A DNA stretch of 64,000 nucleotides from Myxococcota bacterium. GTDB lineage: Bacteria > Myxococcota_A > UBA796 > CAJQPC01. The notes under the pieces were generated by a model. It saw only the letters and a list, made by a program, of their open reading frames with translations. It was not told the origin of the DNA and ran no database searches. The stretch covers positions 1 to 64,000 of the forward strand of contig DASCPX010000043.1 in assembly GCA_036012755.1 (NCBI GenBank), written 5' to 3'. A program made the position numbers and the translations under genes. Of this stretch, positions 58,027 to 64,000 are shown in pieces (position 1 is the first letter of the stretch; every line of letters begins with the position of its first letter).

Positions 58027-59235
58027 TCACTCGAGGCGGTGAACGAGCACGCCGCCGGCAAGCTTGGGCTCGAACCAGGTCGACTTCGGCGGCATCACCC
58101 GGTCCGCGTCCGCGACGGCGAAGAGCTGGTCGAGACCCGTGGGCACCATGTGGAAGGCGACGGCGGCGCGGCGCTCGTCGACTGCGTCCTGGAGGTAGCC
58201 GGGACCCCGGATGCCCCCCACGAAGCTCACGCGCGTGTCGCGCCGGGGGTCCTCGATGCCGAGCAGCGGGGACAGGATTCGGTCCTGGAGCACCGCGACG
58301 TCGAGGCAAGCGACAGGGTCGGACTCGTCGAGCACCCGGGGCTCGAGCAGGTACCAGCGGCCCTCGAGGTACATGGTGAAGGTGCCGCGCTCCGTCGGAA
58401 CGGCGTCGAGAGCCACTGTCACCTCGAAGTCCCCGTCCAGGGTCTTCAACAAGGCGCTCGGAGTGAAGCCTCCGAGGTCTCGGACCATCCGGTTGTAGGC
58501 CATGCAGTTGAGGCTGTCGTCGGGGAAGATGCCGCAGAGGAACCAGGCGGATCCTCGCTGGCCATCGAGCCGGGCAGCCACCCGCGAGGCGGCGGCGGAG
58601 CGGTGGTGTCCATCGGCGATGTAGAGGACATCGACCTCGTCGAAGAGGCGCTGGAGGCGCTCGACGCTGAGGCGGTCCGAGATGCGGGTCAGGCCGTGCT
58701 CGACTCCATCCTCGCTGGTCAAGGTGAACAGGATCTCCCCGCTGGCCTGGGCGACCGCCTCCCGGATGTCATGTCGTTGGCGGTAGGCGAGGAACACCAG
58801 GCCCGTCTGCGCGCCGGTGCCGAGGATGTGATCGACCCGATCCTGCTCCTTGTCCGGCCGAGTGTGCTCGTGCTTCTTGATGAGACCCCGGTCGTACTCC
58901 TCCGTAGAACAGAGGGCCATCAGCGCCGTCTGCCGATGATCGCCCATCTTCTGGAAGTACAGGTAGAAGCTCGGCTCTTCATCCTGGACCAGAGAGCCCT
59001 CGGCCAGGAGCGTCTCCAGAGCGATCCTCCCGGCAGCGTAGGCCTCGCGGGAGTGGGCGTCGACGCCATCGGGGAGGTTGACCTCCGGGCGCGTCACCTG
59101 GAGGAAGGTCTTGGGGTTTTCGGAGTGGATCGCTCGGGCCTCGGCCTCTGAGAGCACGTCGTACGGGGGGGCCACGACGCGCCCCGCGACCTCGGGATCG
59201 GGGCGCACACCACGGAAGGGTCGGATCGTTGCCAT
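58027..59235 (-). CDS. DUF1015 family protein
   Basis: IRPFRGVRP, PPYDV, IKKHEHTRPDKE.DR, LYIADGHHR.A.A, MPPKSTWFEPKL..G. Confidence 0.95.
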   Translation of the reverse strand: MATIRPFRGVRPDPEVAGRVVAPPYDVLSEAEARAIHSENPKTFLQVTRPEVNLPDGVDAHSREAYAAGRIALETLLAEGSLVQDEEPSFYLYFQKMGDHRQTALMALCSTEEYDRGLIKKHEHTRPDKEQDRVDHILGTGAQTGLVFLAYRQRHDIREAVAQASGEILFTLTSEDGVEHGLTRISDRLSVERLQRLFDEVDVLYIADGHHRSAAASRVAARLDGQRGSAWFLCGIFPDDSLNCMAYNRMVRDLGGFTPSALLKTLDGDFEVTVALDAVPTERGTFTMYLEGRWYLLEPRVLDESDPVACLDVAVLQDRILSPLLGIEDPRRDTRVSFVGGIRGPGYLQDAVDERRAAVAFHMVPTGLDQLFAVADADRVMPPKSTWFEPKLAGGVLVHRLE

Positions 59236-59296
59236 GACCCGCGTGATAACGCGAGACATTGGCCTGACCCGAGCCTCCCGTTAGGCTTCCAGAGCC

Positions 59297-62200
59297 ATGG
59301 CATTCGACTGGATCTCCAACCTGTTCTCAGGCGGGTCGGCGAAAGGGCTCTCCGGCCCGGACTCCGAGCCCCTGGATGCGTCCGACTACTACGCATCTCG
59401 ACTCCGCAAGCACAAGTCGCAGGGCGACCTCGTCGATGATCCCTACCTGCTCTGGTCGGACGGGCTGAGGGCCCACCTGAGCGCGCGCGCCGAGGATGGC
59501 TCCACCGACTTCACGGACGTGGTCCTGATCATCAACGAAGAGGACTGGAGTCGCACCTTCCAGCGGGTGTCGGAGCCCTGGACCGACACCGCCGCCAGGC
59601 TGCTCGGCCAGGAGTTCGACTCCTTCTGCCAGGCGGGTGGACTCGAGCTGCCCTACGCGAGCCGCGCCTCGCGCTTCCGCATCGTCCAGGACGGCGGCGC
59701 AAAAATGGAGGGCGAGGACTACGCGCTCGAGGCGGGCGAGTTCATCACGGGGCTCTTGCCCAACATCTACGCGGGCGCCTCCCCGGCCAGCCGCCCCGTC
59801 ATCGCCGTGCACCTCAACCTGCCCGACGTCTGGGACGGCTACCGCGAGGTCGGCCGACTCCACTCGGACCAGGTGAGCTTCACCCTCGGCAACCACTGGC
59901 TCGACAACTTCAGCCACTTCACGCTGCAAGAGCCTGCCCTCTACCGGCTGCAGCAGCACCTCGACGGGAACTTCGTCCACATCATCGATCCCGACCTGCA
60001 GGAGCGGTACAGCGTCGTCAGCAACGACGGCACCGGCGCCAACGTCCTCAGCATCATCGACGCCGACGGCGAGGCGGTCGCGCACCTCGTGCTGGCCCTG
60101 CTCGACTCGATGGTCCCGGACGCCCCGGACATGCCAGCGTCAGAGCCCGACGTCGACGTCGCGGCGTCTCCGGCAATAGACATGCCCCAGCCGCCGGTGG
60201 GGCTGATCGAGCCGATCTCGACCTTGGGCCACGGCTCCAAGACGATCGTCCCGGAGAGCGTGCAGGAGCGCATCTTCTCCCTCCGCGAGCGAGGCGCCCT
60301 GCTCCAGAAGGTCCACTTCCGCAAGTTCATGCAGGGCTACGACGTCTACGTGGGGCCGAACGGCTCCCTGAGCACGGCGCTGATGGACCGCGCGGCCACC
60401 TTCCAGATCCGAAAGGACACGGTCTCCCTGCTGGTCCACAAGCCCGACGTCCTCGTCAACGGAAGAGCCGCGAAGCTGGAGCAGCCGACCCCGCTCTATG
60501 GCTCCACGACCATCAAGGTGGGCGCCCACGAGCTCGTCTACAACGACCTCTCGGATCACCGCCCGGAGCATGGCTGGCCCTACCTGGGCGAGATCCTGCG
60601 CCCGGCCAGCAGCACTCACATGGTCTTTGGCGGCGTCTACAAGGTCGGTCGCGACCGGCGCTGCAAGGTGCAGCTGCCCGACGAGCCCCAGAACGACAAC
60701 ATCGCCTGGCTGCCCGACCTCGCCCACGGCGCGACGATCCGCGCCCGCTCAGGGGAGATCCCGAAGAGCCGCTTCTACACGGACTCGATCATGGTCGCCT
60801 CGGAGCACGCCGAGATCGACCTCACCGCCGACCCGAAGGTCACGTCCATCGCTCGCCACTGCTACAGCTACGTCCGGCGCGGGCGCGAGATCATCGCCCT
60901 GGTTCCCAGCAAGCAGCAGGGCCTGCGCAACACGACGCTGCAGTCCGGGGACGACCTGATGATCGGCAACTGCCTGTTCGAGGTGGGCTACGCGCCAGAG
61001 GATGGCGGATCCGTTGCCCCGGAGGCCCCACCGCCTCCCCCGCCGCCGAAGCTCACCCCGGAGTCCCTCGCCAAGGCCGTCAGCGAGCCAGACGTGGAGC
61101 TCGTCGAGGACCCGCCCCCGGACCAGCCGAACCTCATCGACAAGATCCTCAGCCGCCCCGCGGCCGACCGGCCGGCCCGAGGATCGCTCGACGATCTCCT
61201 CAAGAGCCGCATCAGCGAGGACGACTCGCGCAGCTCGGGGCTCGACGCGCTGCTCAACGAGCGAGGGGTCGACAAGAGCGGCATCTCCTCGAACTTCGAC
61301 GCCCTCCTCGGAGATCGCGCCTCCGACGTCCCTGTCGCCGGCGGGCTCGGCGAGACGGGCAAGGCGCCCCCGGTCCCGGATCTGGGGAAGCCCGCGAGCT
61401 TCGACTCGCTCATCGGAGACACCGCGCCGCCGCAGGTCCTCCAGATCGAGAACGAAGACCCGGTCGGCGACCTCCCAGAGGACAGCACCGACCTGCCGAG
61501 CATCCTCCCGCGCATCGACCAGATCGAGGCCGAAGACCAGCTCGACGAGTCCGGCGAACACTTCGGGCTCCCCTCCCCGGAGAGCCCCCGTCGGGGCGGC
61601 CAGGATGAGTTCGACGTCGCGGACGAAGGCACCGGAGGCCTCGAACGGGTGGTGCCGATCAAGACCTACCCCCAGAAGCAGCTGCCTCCCGACAAGAGCG
61701 AGGAGAAGGCGCCGCTGCCCTCGGCGAAGAGCGTCCCGCTTGGGGCCGGCGGCGAGATCGTCGCCATCGACGACGAAGACGGCGGCGTCGAGCTTGCCCG
61801 TCCAGCGCGGCTCGTGCACATCGGCTGGACGCTGTCAGGAGAGGCGATCCTGGGCAACTACCAGGGATGCACGGGCGTGATCCCGGAGACTCGCTACGAG
61901 GACGACCAGAAGTTCGCGAGGGCGGAGTACGTCCGCTTGAAGGTGCGCGGCCGCCGGGCGAAGGCAGAGGTGCTCAACGAGACCGAAGCGCGGCTCAACA
62001 AGGGCGATACGTCAGTGTCGACCGTCAAGGACCTCGCCGGCGTGCGCATCGAGATCATCCGCCGTGACGAGGAAGGTGACGAGGACTTCAGCGTCTTCCT
62101 CGACCTGGACGCCAGCGTGAAGCTGCCTGATCCACGCGCCAGGCTCCTGGCTGTCGACCACAGCGACGACATCGTCGCCGCGCTCTTCGTACGCGGACTC

Positions 62201-62446
62201 CCCCTGCGCGCCGACCGCCGCATCGCCCTCGGCCCGATCCGGGTGGTGGCCCACTTCGACGGCTCCAACCTCAGGCTCCAGGACTACATCGACACCTACC
62301 GGAAGAGCGACGGCTACGAGCCCTTCTTCCTGAAGAGCGGCGACGACCGCTTCCGCACCGCCCCAGAGGACGGCGGCACCATCTCTTTGTCCCCGGGCGA
62401 CCTGCTCATCGCAGGGAGCGCGGTCTACCGCTTCGAGATGGCCTAG
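59297..62446 (+). CDS. Large cytoplasmic protein with FHA-like domains and an acidic Pro-rich linker
   Basis: YKVGRDRRCKVQLPD...ASEHAEI...LQSGDDLMIG; other FHA-like ends (TTIKVGAHELVY, LSPGDLLIAGSAVYRF); no signal peptide or TM seen. Confidence 0.72.
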   Translation: MAFDWISNLFSGGSAKGLSGPDSEPLDASDYYASRLRKHKSQGDLVDDPYLLWSDGLRAHLSARAEDGSTDFTDVVLIINEEDWSRTFQRVSEPWTDTAARLLGQEFDSFCQAGGLELPYASRASRFRIVQDGGAKMEGEDYALEAGEFITGLLPNIYAGASPASRPVIAVHLNLPDVWDGYREVGRLHSDQVSFTLGNHWLDNFSHFTLQEPALYRLQQHLDGNFVHIIDPDLQERYSVVSNDGTGANVLSIIDADGEAVAHLVLALLDSMVPDAPDMPASEPDVDVAASPAIDMPQPPVGLIEPISTLGHGSKTIVPESVQERIFSLRERGALLQKVHFRKFMQGYDVYVGPNGSLSTALMDRAATFQIRKDTVSLLVHKPDVLVNGRAAKLEQPTPLYGSTTIKVGAHELVYNDLSDHRPEHGWPYLGEILRPASSTHMVFGGVYKVGRDRRCKVQLPDEPQNDNIAWLPDLAHGATIRARSGEIPKSRFYTDSIMVASEHAEIDLTADPKVTSIARHCYSYVRRGREIIALVPSKQQGLRNTTLQSGDDLMIGNCLFEVGYAPEDGGSVAPEAPPPPPPPKLTPESLAKAVSEPDVELVEDPPPDQPNLIDKILSRPAADRPARGSLDDLLKSRISEDDSRSSGLDALLNERGVDKSGISSNFDALLGDRASDVPVAGGLGETGKAPPVPDLGKPASFDSLIGDTAPPQVLQIENEDPVGDLPEDSTDLPSILPRIDQIEAEDQLDESGEHFGLPSPESPRRGGQDEFDVADEGTGGLERVVPIKTYPQKQLPPDKSEEKAPLPSAKSVPLGAGGEIVAIDDEDGGVELARPARLVHIGWTLSGEAILGNYQGCTGVIPETRYEDDQKFARAEYVRLKVRGRRAKAEVLNETEARLNKGDTSVSTVKDLAGVRIEIIRRDEEGDEDFSVFLDLDASVKLPDPRARLLAVDHSDDIVAALFVRGLPLRADRRIALGPIRVVAHFDGSNLRLQDYIDTYRKSDGYEPFFLKSGDDRFRTAPEDGGTISLSPGDLLIAGSAVYRFEMA

Positions 62447-62464
62447 GAGCACCAATCAGGTTCT

Positions 62465-63496
62465 CTAGCCCGCAGCCTCCATCCACGCCGGGGGCCGGGC
62501 GATGTCTCGACCACGGCGCCAGTCGGCGAGGACACGGTCGCGGAGCAGCGCGGCGAAGGGATCGAGGACGCGGAGATCATCGAGGTCGACGTGCAGGTCA
62601 CGGATGCCCTGGAACACGGCGACGTCAGCGCCTGCGTGACCGGGAAGGATGCCGCCGAGCACCATGCCGTGGCCCTTCCAGGCCAGCGTAGCCGCTGCCG
62701 TGAAGGGGGTCTCCAGCGGGGAATGCACGGTGACGTGGCGTATGTGTCCGCCCATCAGCCAGCGGAAGCGCTCCAGGACCCGCTCTTCGAGGTCGGGACC
62801 CGCCCGCACGACGTGGATTCGTCCAATCTGGCGACTGGGATCGAAGTGGACGCGCACGTCGGTCGCCGCGGCGAGGCGGTGGGAGCCGCAGTCCTCGACG
62901 AACAGGCGCTTCTCGGCGAGGTTCTCGTAGAGGGCGTCGTAGACGTCCCGATCCTGGCGCGGCAGGTAGACCTTCTGCTCGGGGCTGTCCGCGAGCGCGA
63001 GGTATGCGGTGAGGATCGACAGTGGGCGGCCTTGCCCAGCCCTGGGGATCGCGCCGAGCGACAGCGCGGTGGGCACGGCGCCCATCGCTCGGGCGAGGCG
63101 CTGGACCTCCACCTCGTCGGTCCGACAGCGGAACAGGAGCCCGCAGATGTCCCTGGTCCCAGCCCAGCCATAGAGCGCGGTCGTAAGGCGCTGGCGAACG
63201 CCGCTGCCCTTCACGTCCGGATGGATGATGTCGAGCCCGACGACGCGGTTGTTCCTCTCGATGGGCGTGTCCGCCTCGTCGAAGTGCGGAGCGATTGCCG
63301 CGAGGTGACCCACGCAGCGCGGGCCGACCATGGCGACGAAGCTGCGCACGTGGCCGCCGCGGTTTCGCGCGAGGATCTCCTCGGGTCGGTACAGCCAGCC
63401 CCTGTGATGAGTCAGCCCCTGGGTCTCGTAGACCAGCCGGGCAAGCGCCCTGGCCTGATCTTCCGACTCCAGGAGCACAACGCGCACGTTCAGCAT
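62465..63496 (-). CDS. GNAT-fold N-acetyltransferase-like protein
   Basis: GGAGG RBS; ALARLVYE..G.T....LY.PE, VGHLA, IHPDVKGSGV acetyl-CoA-binding-like loop. Confidence 0.65.
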   Translation of the reverse strand: MLNVRVVLLESEDQARALARLVYETQGLTHHRGWLYRPEEILARNRGGHVRSFVAMVGPRCVGHLAAIAPHFDEADTPIERNNRVVGLDIIHPDVKGSGVRQRLTTALYGWAGTRDICGLLFRCRTDEVEVQRLARAMGAVPTALSLGAIPRAGQGRPLSILTAYLALADSPEQKVYLPRQDRDVYDALYENLAEKRLFVEDCGSHRLAAATDVRVHFDPSRQIGRIHVVRAGPDLEERVLERFRWLMGGHIRHVTVHSPLETPFTAAATLAWKGHGMVLGGILPGHAGADVAVFQGIRDLHVDLDDLRVLDPFAALLRDRVLADWRRGRDIARPPAWMEAAG

Positions 63497-63564
63497 CGCT
63501 CCTCCAGGCCCTTGCGGGCTCGCCCCCAGAAACGGATCGGCGGGGGCGCGCCATTAGGGCCCGC

Positions 63565-64000
63565 TCAGAGCCGGATTAGCTCCACCCTGCGGCCCACGGA
63601 GACCTCCAGCCGCTGCACGCCGGCGTGGAAGTCGCCGTCCACCATGAAGCCCAGCGGCTCCTCCGCTTCGATCTCCAGCCGGTGGCCCAGTCCCCCGACG
63701 ATGTCCGGGTGCTTCATCGGCTGGCCCCGGTACATGTTCCAGAGCTCACCGGTGAGCGAAAACGGCGAGCACCCGATGCCGACGGCGTGGAGGTAGCCCG
63801 GGTGATCCGGCGCGAGGTGGAAGGGGCGGAAGCCGAGCCCGATGTCGTCGACCGTCGCCGCCGCGATGGTGAGATAGGGCAGCTCGGGCAACTCCTTGCC
63901 GTCGAGGCGGACCCGCGCACGGACCGGCGCCGCGACCTTCCGGACCAGGCGGCCCTGCACAACCGCAGAGGCGACGGTGCGGGCGAGCAGCCAGGCAGCC
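63565..64000 (-). CDS. Diacylglycerol/lipid kinase family protein, C-terminal part (5' end outside the window)
   Basis: RVRLDG, IGLGFRPF, LEIEAEEP...MVDGD, LEVSVG pattern of the DAGK accessory domain. Confidence 0.7.
   Translation of the reverse strand, partial: AAWLLARTVASAVVQGRLVRKVAAPVRARVRLDGKELPELPYLTIAAATVDDIGLGFRPFHLAPDHPGYLHAVGIGCSPFSLTGELWNMYRGQPMKHPDIVGGLGHRLEIEAEEPLGFMVDGDFHAGVQRLEVSVGRRVELIRL

Overview
High-GC bacterial chromosome segment. It is most likely from a Myxococcota-like lineage, inferred from MopE-type Cys/Asp repeat proteins, a MYXO-CTERM-like tail, DivIVA-DUF167 and many FHA proteins. About 50 densely packed genes are present. Housekeeping genes are rplU-rpmA-obgE, rsfS, ribF, aroE, serA-serC and an rmlD-like gene. 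Transporters are a GldAFG-like ABC system, an SSS symporter, a family-5 substrate-binding protein and MscS. Two giant repetitive surface proteins and many short-signal lipoproteins also occur. No rRNA, tRNA, CRISPR array or transposase was seen. The most interesting loci are: (i) a tadC-DUF192-FHA x3-HEAT lipoprotein cluster resembling the Tad-like predation (Kil) loci, including an FHA-TM-sensor-HAMP-PAS protein with no kinase output; (ii) two tandem JmjC/ROX-like proteins lacking their metal ligands, coupled to an ABC1/UbiB kinase; (iii) a tail-fibre-like protein, an AAA+ ATPase and wHTH-STAND/TPR regulators in one run; (iv) a sigma-region-4/zinc anti-sigma/TM fusion; (v) a complete sigma54 transcription unit for a 57-aa protein; (vi) a duplicated palindromic intergenic element with 51-bp periodicity; (vii) an rsfS gene that appears to start at ATT or CTG. 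Two window-wide patterns also stand out: probable leaderless genes and ultra-short, uncharged signal peptides. Three accessory genes carry frameshifts and one has an in-frame stop. All family assignments come from motif recognition by eye, not from database searches.
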